DNA from: a virus
Direction: 5' to 3' (one strand)
IMG/VR virus record: IMGVR_UViG_3300025096_000004
Location: 1 to 64,000 of that record
Length of the DNA: 64,000 nt
In this document: positions 53,626 to 63,652 of the stretch, piece by piece
How the letters are laid out: every line of letters begins with the position of its first letter
How positions within the stretch are numbered: position 1 is the stretch's first letter
Position numbers and translations under genes: made by a program
The notes under the pieces: generated by a model
The model's input: the letters and a program-made list of their open reading frames with translations, nothing else
Database searches by the model: none
Told to the model about the DNA's origin: nothing

Positions 53626-54303
53626 ATGACTATTCTGATGATGTTTTGGGTGTTCTTTACATCCGCACTGGCAGAGGCACCGGATCATGCGATCGTTGTC
53701 GAAGAAAAGAGATCTGACTATCAAGTTATCCAAATCTACGTTGATATTACGGAGGTTCATGCACCTGATGGATCAAGGGGTACCTCAATTCCGTTGAACC
53801 TCATGGTTTCATCCGAGGCCCAAAAAACCTCAATGCTCAATCACCGATTGCAATACCTCGCCGCCCATAATATTTGGAGTGGTGAGATCAATGTCTATGA
53901 TTGGAGAAATGTTCAATATCTTCCAACTTTTAATAAATGTGATTATTCTGATGCTGTCCGCTGTGGAATGCAGAATAGCCACTGGACTCTTCGAACAATT
54001 GTATCCGTCGGAGAGAAGTTCTCTCTTTTACAAATAACGCTTTATGATGAGAAGGGCAAGATCATTGGCAATTCAAGTCAAACCGCATGGGGCAGAATTC
54101 GATGGAAGCCTCAATGGAAGATAACAAAGGTTAAACAAAATACAATGTATGGCCCCTCGACAACTGAAGTATTCGAACAGTGGCCACCAAAGATGGAGGA
54201 GATTCCACCTTTAATAACACCCTATATGGTGGGCCAATCTGTATTTAGTTTCTATGGCGCCGCCGCCAAAACAGCTTGTAGATTAAATTTTTGCAGAAAG
54301 TGA
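53626..54303 (+). CDS. Secreted hypothetical protein
   Basis: Signal-peptide-like start ending ALA-EA. Confidence 0.6.
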   Translation: MTILMMFWVFFTSALAEAPDHAIVVEEKRSDYQVIQIYVDITEVHAPDGSRGTSIPLNLMVSSEAQKTSMLNHRLQYLAAHNIWSGEINVYDWRNVQYLPTFNKCDYSDAVRCGMQNSHWTLRTIVSVGEKFSLLQITLYDEKGKIIGNSSQTAWGRIRWKPQWKITKVKQNTMYGPSTTEVFEQWPPKMEEIPPLITPYMVGQSVFSFYGAAAKTACRLNFCRK

Positions 54304-54313
54304 AAAAAAATAC

Positions 54314-54342
54314 TTGACAACCTCATCATGCCATGTTATATT
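54314..54342 (+). promoter_or_regulatory. sigma70-like promoter without box
   Basis: TTGACA-17-TATATT. Confidence 0.75.
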
Positions 54343-54361
54343 ATATACATAAGGACAAAAT

Positions 54362-55033
54362 ATGACTTGGATACATGAAACCGCTCAAGTGGGAAAACAA
54401 ATGAACAATTTTTATTCCTTTAGTGGGACTGATTTATATATCATGCACCCCTTGCCTGAGCATATTTCAATCGAAACTGTGCTTGAATCTGTTGCTTCAA
54501 GGGTTCCAATACATCTTCAAAAAGGCGTTGATGTAATTTATGTTGGATACTTTCAAAATATGGTTGATCGTGAAGTAAATGCGTTATTTGAAGATGGCGC
54601 AATATATGTTAGTAACGAACAAGATGATGAAGAAGACATGATCGATGATATTGTGCATGAAATTGCACATTCAGTCGAAAAAGAATATCCGGATTTAATA
54701 TTTGAAGATGGAAGATTATTTAAAGAGTTTATTGGAAAAAGAAAAAGACTTAACAGTATGTTAGAATCCGAAGGTTTCGACGTTGATCCAATCTTCCGAA
54801 CGAGACCAGAATTTAATCAAAAAATAGATGATTTTCTGTACAAAGAAGTGGGTTATGATTTACTAAACGCTTTGATTATAGGTTTATTTCCGGGACCCTA
54901 TTCAACAACATCATTAAGGGAATACTTTGCTGTTGGCTTTGAGGAGTTTTTTATCGGAGATCGACAACATTTAAAAGAAATATGTCCAATTTTGTATACC
55001 AAGTTGGAATCACTAGCATCCTTGGGGGGATAA
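54362..55033 (+). CDS. Zincin-like metallopeptidase-domain protein
   Basis: IVHEIAHS and S.REYFA..FE. Confidence 0.7.
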   Translation: MTWIHETAQVGKQMNNFYSFSGTDLYIMHPLPEHISIETVLESVASRVPIHLQKGVDVIYVGYFQNMVDREVNALFEDGAIYVSNEQDDEEDMIDDIVHEIAHSVEKEYPDLIFEDGRLFKEFIGKRKRLNSMLESEGFDVDPIFRTRPEFNQKIDDFLYKEVGYDLLNALIIGLFPGPYSTTSLREYFAVGFEEFFIGDRQHLKEICPILYTKLESLASLGG

Positions 55034-55812
55034 TGAAAAAACATATATCGTATTCAGAACTAAAAATTTGGTCTGAATGTGCGTTTAAGCACAAACTTGT
55101 CTATATAGACAAAATAAAAAAATTCATTGGTAATGAATTTACTGCCTTTGGCAAAGCTATTCACGCTGTATGTGAGCTTACTGCTAAGGGTGAGTTGCCA
55201 GATGATGAACAAGAGCAATTCTTTGATTATGAATTCTTGCGGGAACTGAAGGCACTCAAGGGCGAGGTCGAGTTTCGACCAAATCTGGTGGAGGAAATGA
55301 GAAGACAGGCTAAACAAATCACCCCCCAAATATTCCCTGCTTTAGCCAAAACATTCGGCAATTATGAAGTCTTCTCTGTTGAAGAACAACTGTTCGAGGG
55401 TATATCTGAGTTTGAACCTGAAGAGATAAAGCTTAAAGGGTTTATAGACTTAGTTATTAAAACCGAAGATGGCAAATACCACGTCATCGATTGGAAATCT
55501 TGTTCATGGGGTTGGAATGCAGAGAAAAGATCGAACAAATTGATAACATATCAATTAACCTTGTATAAAAAATATTTTTGTATAAAACACAAGGTTGACC
55601 CCAAATTAGTCGAAACTCACTTCGCCCTTCTTAAACGCACTGCAAAGAAAGATAACGTAGAGATCTTTAGAGTTTCTTCTGGTCCTCGCAAGACCGATAA
55701 TGCAACTAAATTATTGACCAATGCTCTTCATAATTTACATTCAGGCTTTCCTGTTAAAAATCGAAGTAGTTGTGAAAAATGTGAATTTTATAAAACCACC
55801 CACTGCCCATAA
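55033..55812 (+). CDS. PD-(D/E)XK exonuclease (RecB/Cas4-like)
   Basis: SYSEL....EC, KGFIDL, IDWKS, YQL.LY, C-terminal CxxC..C. Confidence 0.85.
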   Translation: MKKHISYSELKIWSECAFKHKLVYIDKIKKFIGNEFTAFGKAIHAVCELTAKGELPDDEQEQFFDYEFLRELKALKGEVEFRPNLVEEMRRQAKQITPQIFPALAKTFGNYEVFSVEEQLFEGISEFEPEEIKLKGFIDLVIKTEDGKYHVIDWKSCSWGWNAEKRSNKLITYQLTLYKKYFCIKHKVDPKLVETHFALLKRTAKKDNVEIFRVSSGPRKTDNATKLLTNALHNLHSGFPVKNRSSCEKCEFYKTTHCP

Positions 55813-55825
55813 AGAGGAATTAAAA

Positions 55826-56824
55826 ATGACAGTATTAGCAGAATACATTTGGATTGATGGAACCGATCCAACTCCACTTCTAAGAAGTAAGACAAAAATT
55901 TTAGATAGTGATGAAGATCCCCCGCTCTGGGGGTTTGATGGATCATCAACAAAACAGGCCAATGGAACCAATAGCGACTGTGTTTTAAAGCCAGTTTTGG
56001 TCACCCCCGATCCCATTCGCGGAGCAAACAGTGTTCTTGTTTTATGCGAGGTTTATAACACAGACGGCACACCGCATGTTTCGAACAAAAGACACGCATG
56101 TACCCAAGCTGAAGAGCAATATAAAGATCATGAGTGCTGGTATGGGTTAGAACAAGAATATACTCTTTTAAAGCCCGATGGACGCCCTATTGGTTTCCCA
56201 ACAGATACAAGTAAATTTCCAGAACCACAGGGAGATTACTATTGTGGTGCAGGAACCGGCCGAGCGTTTGGTAGAGAAATAGCAGAAGTTCATTTATTTA
56301 AATGTCTTCAAGCTGGTCTTAAAATTAGCGGTATCAATGCTGAAGTTTGCCCGGGACAATGGGAATTTCAAGTTGGCCCCTGTGGAACAGTAGAGGCTGG
56401 AGATCATCTTTGGCTTGCGCGTTATCTTTTGGAAAGAACAGTTGAGAATTATGGAGTGATGGTTTCGCTTGATCCAAAACCTGTTGAGGGAGATTGGAAT
56501 GGCGCTGGTTGTCATACTAATTTTAGCACCAAGGAAATGAGAGGTTCATATGATGCCTGTATAACAGCAGCAGAACGCCTCGGAGAGAACATTCAAGAAC
56601 ATATTGAAAATTATGGCCACGGCATTGAACGCAGACTTACTGGAAAACATGAAACCTGCTCGTATAAAGAATTCAAATGGGGTGTTTCAGACAGAACAGC
56701 GTCTATTCGAATCCCTTGGCAAGTGGCCAATGGTGAAACTGGCTATATTGAGGATCGAAGACCGAATGCAAATTGTGACCCATATGTTGTTACAAGACTT
56801 ATCATAAATACAGTGTGCAGTTGA
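55826..56824 (+). CDS. glnII: Glutamine synthetase type II
   Basis: AEYIWIDG, WGFDGSST.QA, GINAEV.PGQWEFQVGP, DWNGAGCHTNFST, RLTGKHET, EDRRP.ANCDPY. Confidence 0.95.
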   Translation: MTVLAEYIWIDGTDPTPLLRSKTKILDSDEDPPLWGFDGSSTKQANGTNSDCVLKPVLVTPDPIRGANSVLVLCEVYNTDGTPHVSNKRHACTQAEEQYKDHECWYGLEQEYTLLKPDGRPIGFPTDTSKFPEPQGDYYCGAGTGRAFGREIAEVHLFKCLQAGLKISGINAEVCPGQWEFQVGPCGTVEAGDHLWLARYLLERTVENYGVMVSLDPKPVEGDWNGAGCHTNFSTKEMRGSYDACITAAERLGENIQEHIENYGHGIERRLTGKHETCSYKEFKWGVSDRTASIRIPWQVANGETGYIEDRRPNANCDPYVVTRLIINTVCS

Positions 56825-57126
56825 TGTCAAAGGATTTAGAAATAGATTGGTCTGAAGCAACAAGATCATATATCAAAACAAGCTTTATTGAGACCCCACC
56901 AGTCCACCCAGATTATACTGTCAAGATGAACCCTAGATTAAAAAAGGGAGATTTGGTAGAAACACATGATTTAAAAATAGGGCTGGTGCTGGGTATCGAA
57001 GAGAGTGATTTAAATATTCAAATATACATCAATGGTGCCGATAATAAATATTATAAAATTATGGTTGGCCAAGAAGAAAAAGTATATGTTGGATATTCTT
57101 TAAAAAAAATTGAAAAAAAAACTTGA
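56824..57126 (+). CDS. Hypothetical SH3-like protein (KKGDLVE..IGLV)
   Basis: Cassette-like domain with an N-terminal extension. Confidence 0.5.
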   Translation: MSKDLEIDWSEATRSYIKTSFIETPPVHPDYTVKMNPRLKKGDLVETHDLKIGLVLGIEESDLNIQIYINGADNKYYKIMVGQEEKVYVGYSLKKIEKKT

Positions 57127-57151
57127 CACATTTGTTAAGGTGTGTTATAAT
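57123..57151 (+). promoter_or_regulatory. sigma70-like promoter for the sugar cluster
   Basis: TTGACA-17-TATAAT. Confidence 0.8.
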
Positions 57152-57165
57152 AATATTATATAATA

Positions 57166-58428
57166 ATGGAGTTTAAATTGTCTAAGAAAATTAGAGTCCT
57201 AACATTGGGAGATCATCCACTTTCTCCTTCTGGAGTCGGGACGCAAACAAAATATATTTGTCAAGGTCTATTGGACACTGGCAATTTTTCTATTTTGAGT
57301 CTTGGTGGAGCAGTCAAGCACAAAGACTACCGTCAGGTTCAAGTCGAACCTTATGACAATGATTGGAGAATTATTCCGATTGATGGTTATGGAACGCCGG
57401 AGATGATTCGTTCTGTAATTAGAACAGAAAGTATCGACATGGTATGGATTATGACAGATCCTCGTTTCTGGGATTGGCTTTGGATGATGGAAAATGAAAT
57501 ACGACCGCTGTGTCCGTTGATTTATTATCATGTGTGGGACAACTTTCCCGCACCGATGTTTAATAGAGATTTTTATTTGTCAAACGATCATATAGTTACA
57601 ATCTCAAAAGTAACAGATGCGATTGTCAAAGAGGTTGCACCAGAGGTACCTAGAACATACTTGCCTCACGCCGTCGACCAAACCATATTTAAACCATATT
57701 CAGATGATGAACTGGTCAAAGTAAAACATCAACTTTGGGCACAACAAGATCACGACCCAGATGTTTTTACTGTATTTTGGAACAATCGAAATGCCCGACG
57801 AAAACAATCTGGAACTTTAATATATTGGTTTAAATATTTTTTAGATAAGGTTGGTCATGATAAAGCTCGATTACTTATGCATACGGACCCTAGAGATCCC
57901 CATGGACAAGATTTGCCACTTCTCATCGAGAGCCTCGGGTTGAATAATAAACAGGTGATGCTTTCTACGGAGAAACTTCCACCTGAACATTTAGCTGCAA
58001 TTTATAATGCAGCCGATTGCACAATAAATATTTCTGACGCCGAGGGTTTTGGCCTCTCTACTTTGGAATCTTTGTCCTGCGGCACACCTATCATTGTTAA
58101 TTTGACAGGGGGACTTCAAGAACAAGTAACAAATGGTACAGATTGGTTTGGTTTTGGCATACCCCCCATTTCTAAGGCCCTGATTGGTAGTCAAAATGTT
58201 CCTTATATTTATGAAGATCGTATTAGCAAGGATCAATTTGTAGAGACCTTATTTAAAATGTATTCAATGACTTCTCAATCTAGACGAAAAATGGGCATGG
58301 AAGGTCGATTGCACGTAGAGGCGAATTATAATTTTAATAATTATAAGAAACAATGGGCGGAGTTGATGATGAAGATCTTCGAAGAAGGTAACAGCTATAA
58401 TAATATTATGTTTAAGGAGGTAGCGTGA
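57166..58428 (+). CDS. Glycosyltransferase, GT-B (GT4-like)
   Basis: SGVGTQ start; EGFGLSTLESLSCGTP (Ex7E). Confidence 0.88.
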   Translation: MEFKLSKKIRVLTLGDHPLSPSGVGTQTKYICQGLLDTGNFSILSLGGAVKHKDYRQVQVEPYDNDWRIIPIDGYGTPEMIRSVIRTESIDMVWIMTDPRFWDWLWMMENEIRPLCPLIYYHVWDNFPAPMFNRDFYLSNDHIVTISKVTDAIVKEVAPEVPRTYLPHAVDQTIFKPYSDDELVKVKHQLWAQQDHDPDVFTVFWNNRNARRKQSGTLIYWFKYFLDKVGHDKARLLMHTDPRDPHGQDLPLLIESLGLNNKQVMLSTEKLPPEHLAAIYNAADCTINISDAEGFGLSTLESLSCGTPIIVNLTGGLQEQVTNGTDWFGFGIPPISKALIGSQNVPYIYEDRISKDQFVETLFKMYSMTSQSRRKMGMEGRLHVEANYNFNNYKKQWAELMMKIFEEGNSYNNIMFKEVA

Positions 58429-59651
58429 AAAAGAGAATTTTAGTCAGAGGTCCTGTTTTGTCTCAATCTGGTTATGGAGAACAAGCCCGGTTTGCTCTTC
58501 GAGCCTTAAGGTCACAAGAGGATAAATATGATATACATATCCAACCAATCAGGTGGGGTCAAACAGGCTGGATTTGGGAAGATACCGAAGAACGCCGCTG
58601 GATGGACGAAATGATTACTAAGGGCGCAAATTATATGCGCCAAAAGGGACAGTATGATATTTCATTACAGATTACTATTCCAAATGAGTGGGACCAAACC
58701 GCGCCTCTTAATATTGGATACACTGCTGGTATTGAGTCCGACCGCGTTGCTCCACAATGGCTCTTTAAAGCGAATCAAATGGACAAAGTGGTTGTGGTAT
58801 CTAATCATTCAAAAACTGTATTTGAAAAAACTCAAGTTGAGGGGAAGGATCCCTCTACTGGCCAAACAATGAAATATGAACTGACAACCCCAATTGATGC
58901 TGTTGGTTATGCTGTAACTGATTATCCAACAGAGAATATTAAAGAATTTAGCCCCACCACTGATTTCAACTTTTTGTGTATTTCACAATGGGGCCCAAGA
59001 AAGAATTTTGAAAACACTATTAGATGGTGGGTTGAGGAATTTCATGATCAAAATATTGGCTTGATTCTTAAAACTTCGATTGCAAGCAATAGTACTATTG
59101 ATAAAACTAAAACAGAAGAATTGTTGACCTCGATTTTATCTAAATATAAAAGTCGAAAATGTAAAGTTTATATGCTTCATGGGGATTTATCTGCCGGCCA
59201 AATGCGCTGGCTATATAGCCACGAAAAAGTAAAATGTTTGATAAATTTGGCACACGGCGAAGGCTTTGGACTTCCAATGTTTGAGGCTTCTCAAAATGGT
59301 TTGCCCGTTATGACCATTGGCTGGTCTGGACAAATGGACTATTTGACTCAAGATAACAAAGAATACTTTATTAAAATTGATCATAAATTGGAGCCAATAG
59401 GGACCAATGCTGTTTGGGATGGTGTATTGCAAGCAGATTCAAAGTGGGCATATGCCGAACAGGGTTCTTTTAAGATGAATCTCCGAAAGGTCCGGAAAAA
59501 TTGGAAAAAATTCAAAAAACAAGCAACAAAACTACAATCATTAATTAAAGAAAGATATACTCAAGAAATTATGTATAAACAGTTTTGTGATTCAATAGAA
59601 AATATAAAACTTCATACTCACCCTATGTTTGGAGAACTAGAGACAGAATGA
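58425..59651 (+). CDS. Glycosyltransferase, GT-B (GT4-like)
   Basis: SQSGYG; GEGFGLPMFEA...GLPV. Confidence 0.88.
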   Translation: MKKRILVRGPVLSQSGYGEQARFALRALRSQEDKYDIHIQPIRWGQTGWIWEDTEERRWMDEMITKGANYMRQKGQYDISLQITIPNEWDQTAPLNIGYTAGIESDRVAPQWLFKANQMDKVVVVSNHSKTVFEKTQVEGKDPSTGQTMKYELTTPIDAVGYAVTDYPTENIKEFSPTTDFNFLCISQWGPRKNFENTIRWWVEEFHDQNIGLILKTSIASNSTIDKTKTEELLTSILSKYKSRKCKVYMLHGDLSAGQMRWLYSHEKVKCLINLAHGEGFGLPMFEASQNGLPVMTIGWSGQMDYLTQDNKEYFIKIDHKLEPIGTNAVWDGVLQADSKWAYAEQGSFKMNLRKVRKNWKKFKKQATKLQSLIKERYTQEIMYKQFCDSIENIKLHTHPMFGELETE

Positions 59652-60628
59652 GAACAGCTTTTATAACTGGGGTTAATGGACAAGATGGTTCCTATTTATC
59701 TGAATATCTATTACAAAAAGGGTATAGGGTTGTTGGTTTAATAAGAAGAACAAGCACATCAGAGAGAGAAAAATATAAAAATCTTGAAAATATCTTGGAT
59801 AATAAAAATTTCATTTTGGAGACCGGAGATTTAACGGATATAACTTCAATAATAAGAATTATAAAAAAACATAAGCCCCACGAATTATATAATTTGGCGG
59901 CACAATCCCATGTTGGGGAGTCTTTTAATAGCCCCGTAATGACAATGAATGTTAATGCTCTAGGCACAATAAATATTTTAGAAGCCATTAGGATTTGTGA
60001 CAAAAATATTAAATTATATCAGGCTTCAACTTCGGAAATGTTTGGAGACTTGAGCGCAATCCAGAATGAAAATACCACATTTAACCCTGTTTCTCCATAC
60101 GCATGCTCTAAGGTGTGTGCCCACAACATGGTAGTTAACTATAGAAAGGCATATAATTTGTTTGCAAGTTGTGGTATATTATTTAATCATGAATCTCCAA
60201 GACGAGGTGAAGATTTTGTCACCAGAAAAATAACCAAAGCCGCCGCCCGAATTAAATTAGGTAAACAAAGCAAGATTTACCTAGGGAATATAAAAACTTA
60301 TAGGGATTGGGGATATGCTGGTGATTATGTCGAGGCTATGTGGAAAATATTAAATCACACTAAGCCTGATGATTTTGTTATAGCAAGTAGTAATAGTATC
60401 ACCGTTGAAGATTTTTTGAAAATTGTTTTTAATATAGCAGATTTAGATTATAAAGACTTTCTTGTCATAGACAAGTCTTTGTTTCGACCACATGATGTTC
60501 CGTATTTGAAAGGCGATGCGACAAAAGCAAAAGAAGTATTGGATTGGAAACCCAAAACCACCCTAGAGGAACTTGCCAAGATGATGTATGAAAATGATTT
60601 TGTATTGGAGAGCAAAGATGTCAAATAG
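59648..60628 (+). CDS. gmd: GDP-mannose 4,6-dehydratase
   Basis: ITGVNGQDGSYL, NLAAQSHV, YQASTSEMFG, SPYA.SK, FNHESPRRG..FVTRKI, RDWGYA.DYV. Confidence 0.96.
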   Translation: MRTAFITGVNGQDGSYLSEYLLQKGYRVVGLIRRTSTSEREKYKNLENILDNKNFILETGDLTDITSIIRIIKKHKPHELYNLAAQSHVGESFNSPVMTMNVNALGTINILEAIRICDKNIKLYQASTSEMFGDLSAIQNENTTFNPVSPYACSKVCAHNMVVNYRKAYNLFASCGILFNHESPRRGEDFVTRKITKAAARIKLGKQSKIYLGNIKTYRDWGYAGDYVEAMWKILNHTKPDDFVIASSNSITVEDFLKIVFNIADLDYKDFLVIDKSLFRPHDVPYLKGDATKAKEVLDWKPKTTLEELAKMMYENDFVLESKDVK

Positions 60629-61523
60629 TGTGACTGTAGTATGTTTTGGGGCGTATGGAGATATCTTAAATTCAACCCCAATAGCAAAGCATTACAAAAT
60701 GGAAGGAAAAGATGTTACTTGGGTGACCAAAAGAAAATATTCATCTTGTATAGACAATAATCCATATATTGATCAAATTTTTTATTTTAAAAAAGATATA
60801 GAAAATCAATTTGATTATGTATATATGACTTTTAGCTGCATGGAGCATCCTTTATTCAATACCCCATCATCAATGTCTATATCTAAGATATTGCCAAATT
60901 CAAAAGTGATCTTTTCCGCTCCTTATGCATCACCATATGCAGATGGCAGCCCAAGAAGCACTTTACTTAATATAATAAAAGACGAATGTAGTGGAATAAA
61001 AGAGTGGAATTGTGATTTTATTCCTATTGTTCGCTTGGCTTCCACCGAAGAAAAAGAAGCCATTAAATTTTACAGCAAGCTACAGGGCAATAAGAAAATT
61101 TTAATAGAATACGAATTTCACTCCGCTCAATCAATGTGGGACAAAGAATATCTTATTGAGACGTGTAAATATTTAAACAATAAAGATGTGGATATAATTT
61201 TAACTGGCAAGAACGAATTACCCTACTTAGAAGAATTAAAAACCCAATTTGATATCAATTTTTATCATTATCATGGCAGTTTTATGTCTAATGCTAAATT
61301 ATATAATCTAGTTGATATGTTTATAGGAGTCTCTTCAGGGATTACTTGTTTGACATCGTCTGATTATTGCGATACAAACAAAGAAAGAATTGAAGTAATC
61401 AAGGGTCCACATTGGGGCACTGCGGATTGGAAACACAATCAAGAAAACAAGACAATATGCTATAATTTTGATGAATATTGTAGAGCCCTTGATAAAACTA
61501 AGGAAGTTTTAAAAAGTGCTTAA
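60618..61523 (+). CDS. Putative glycosyltransferase (GT9-like)
   Basis: GAYGDILNSTP start; FIGVSSG near the C-terminus. Confidence 0.6.
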   Translation: MSNSVTVVCFGAYGDILNSTPIAKHYKMEGKDVTWVTKRKYSSCIDNNPYIDQIFYFKKDIENQFDYVYMTFSCMEHPLFNTPSSMSISKILPNSKVIFSAPYASPYADGSPRSTLLNIIKDECSGIKEWNCDFIPIVRLASTEEKEAIKFYSKLQGNKKILIEYEFHSAQSMWDKEYLIETCKYLNNKDVDIILTGKNELPYLEELKTQFDINFYHYHGSFMSNAKLYNLVDMFIGVSSGITCLTSSDYCDTNKERIEVIKGPHWGTADWKHNQENKTICYNFDEYCRALDKTKEVLKSA

Positions 61524-62193
61524 TATTATTTATTTGAGCAATGAGGGGGATTTTGGAAAAAAAGGATTACAGTTATTGGAAGAAATAACCAATTTAGAGG
61601 TAAAAGGTAAATTTTTTGGGACAGAGATGACAAAGGGTGATATACCAGATAACACTGATTTAATAATTTCTTTTTGTTATCCCAAGCTTATCAAAAAAGA
61701 AGTTTTTGAAGTCGCACGTTTTGGGTGTATAAATTTCCATCCTGCCCCCCTTCCGGAATATAAGGGCTTCGCCGTGTATAATTTTGCAATACTAAATGGC
61801 GAAAAAGAGTGGGGTGTTTCTGCACATTTCATTGATCAAAAATTTGATACTGGAGATATTATAAAAGTTAATAGGTTTAAAATTGGTAAAGAAACAGCCC
61901 ATTCGTTGAGAAAAAAAAGCAGAGATAGGTTGCTTATTTTACTCAAAGAAGTAGCCAATGAATTTGCTTTGAGTGGTAAACTAACATCAATCAAGCAAGA
62001 CAAAAATAAAGGAAAATATTATTCGAAAAAGATGATGAATGAAAACAGAGTGATAACCCCATCCGATGATGCTATCACGATAGAGAGGAAAATTAGAGCA
62101 TTCTGGTGCCCCCCTTATGCCGGCGCCGCTATAAAATTAAATAATATTGAGTATACTTTAATAAATAAAGAGATATTAAAAACAATAGAATAG
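61516..62193 (+). CDS. Formyltransferase (sugar N-formyltransferase / Fmt-like)
   Basis: INFHPAPLPEYKG, GVSAHFI...FDTGDII. Confidence 0.88.
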   Translation: MLNIIYLSNEGDFGKKGLQLLEEITNLEVKGKFFGTEMTKGDIPDNTDLIISFCYPKLIKKEVFEVARFGCINFHPAPLPEYKGFAVYNFAILNGEKEWGVSAHFIDQKFDTGDIIKVNRFKIGKETAHSLRKKSRDRLLILLKEVANEFALSGKLTSIKQDKNKGKYYSKKMMNENRVITPSDDAITIERKIRAFWCPPYAGAAIKLNNIEYTLINKEILKTIE

Positions 62194-62201
62194 GAGAAAA
62201 A

Positions 62202-62510
62202 ATGGCCGATACACTTGGAGGTTTAATAGATAAACTCATCACTATCGATATGAAAATGTGGAACAATCAAGAGTTTCTCTATGAAGTGAGGCGCCTTTCC
62301 TTTGATGAGTTTCAAAAAAAATACACTGAAACAGAGAAGAAAAGAATAGATTTGTTTAGTTCAGTTAAAAAATGTTGCGACTTAAATATGCAAAGGAATC
62401 AACTGATTGATGAAATCGATGAAAAAATAATAGACATTGTCAAGACAGCCCTTTCGGGCAAAAATATAGATGATGGAAAATTTATTCAAAGAAAACATAA
62501 AACATATTAA
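62202..62510 (+). CDS. Hypothetical helical protein (DUF4254-like)
   Basis: LIDKL.TID.KMW..Q...R..LIDEID pattern. Confidence 0.55.
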   Translation: MADTLGGLIDKLITIDMKMWNNQEFLYEVRRLSFDEFQKKYTETEKKRIDLFSSVKKCCDLNMQRNQLIDEIDEKIIDIVKTALSGKNIDDGKFIQRKHKTY

Positions 62511-62533
62511 TCGAAGTCCTTAAGAGATACCAT

Positions 62534-63640
62534 ATGATAAGAATTTATGAACCATATTTAACAGAGTCAACTAAGAAGTACGCCCATGATGCAATAGAGT
62601 CTGGGTGGATTTCTTCTCAAGGCTCCTATATTGCTGTGGCTAGAGAAAGTTTGGCATCACTTATGGGAGTGAAACATTGTGTTCTTTTATCAAATGGAAC
62701 AACTGCAACCCATTGCTTGTCTAAAGGATTAAATTTTAAATATCCAAAAATAAAGAATTTAATTGTACCAAACAACGTCTATGTAGCAGCATGGAATTCT
62801 TTTTTACACGATGGTCAATATGAAGACATTACTGCGATCGATGCTTGCGAAGATACGTGGAATTACAATTTGGACAAATTATATAAAACTCTTGAAGAAG
62901 TAGATTTTGATACAACAGCGCTCTTGTGTGTTCACAATTTGGGAAACATTATAAATATACCGAAAATCAAAAGAGATTTTCCATCTTTGGTTATCGTTGA
63001 GGATAACTGTGAAGGGTTTTTGGGAAAATATGAGAATTCTTACTCTGGTACTCAATCTTTCTGCGCTTCAGTTTCTTTTTATGCTAACAAGAACATTACT
63101 TCGGGAGAAGGCGGCGCCTTTTTCACCAATTGTGATGAGACATATCATTATATTTCGTCATTTATAAATCAAGGAAACACAAAGGAGAAGTTTATTCATG
63201 ATAAGTTGTCGCAAAACTATAGAATGACAAATATCCAAGCCGCTCTTTTATTGGGACAAATTGAAGATTTGGAGTTGATTCGAGAAAAAAAGAATGTTAT
63301 TTTTGAAAAGTATAAACAAAAATTACCAAATATTGATAATGTAACAATCCAATCAAGAGAGGCTAATACAGACCCCGCCGATTGGATGATGGGCGTAAGA
63401 GTTACAAATGGCAAAACCTATAGCACCATTGAGTCGGAATTAAAATCAATGGGCGTCGAAACCCGTCCTATGTTTTATTGTTATAATAGACACAAACATC
63501 TTAAAAAGATTATAAAATCAGAAACAAACAAAGTAGCCGAACACCTTAGCTTATGTGGCTTTATGATACCAAGCCACCCCTTGTTGTCTGAATATGAGAC
63601 AGATTTTATAATAGATAGTATTGCAAAAATATCAAAATAA
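62534..63640 (+). CDS. DegT/DnrJ/EryC1/StrS aminotransferase (perosamine synthase-like)
   Basis: WISSQG.YI, SNGTTA.H, EDNCE, SFYANKNITSGEGG, NYRMTNIQAA. Confidence 0.9.
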   Translation: MIRIYEPYLTESTKKYAHDAIESGWISSQGSYIAVARESLASLMGVKHCVLLSNGTTATHCLSKGLNFKYPKIKNLIVPNNVYVAAWNSFLHDGQYEDITAIDACEDTWNYNLDKLYKTLEEVDFDTTALLCVHNLGNIINIPKIKRDFPSLVIVEDNCEGFLGKYENSYSGTQSFCASVSFYANKNITSGEGGAFFTNCDETYHYISSFINQGNTKEKFIHDKLSQNYRMTNIQAALLLGQIEDLELIREKKNVIFEKYKQKLPNIDNVTIQSREANTDPADWMMGVRVTNGKTYSTIESELKSMGVETRPMFYCYNRHKHLKKIIKSETNKVAEHLSLCGFMIPSHPLLSEYETDFIIDSIAKISK

Positions 63641-63652
63641 AGGAGAAAACAG

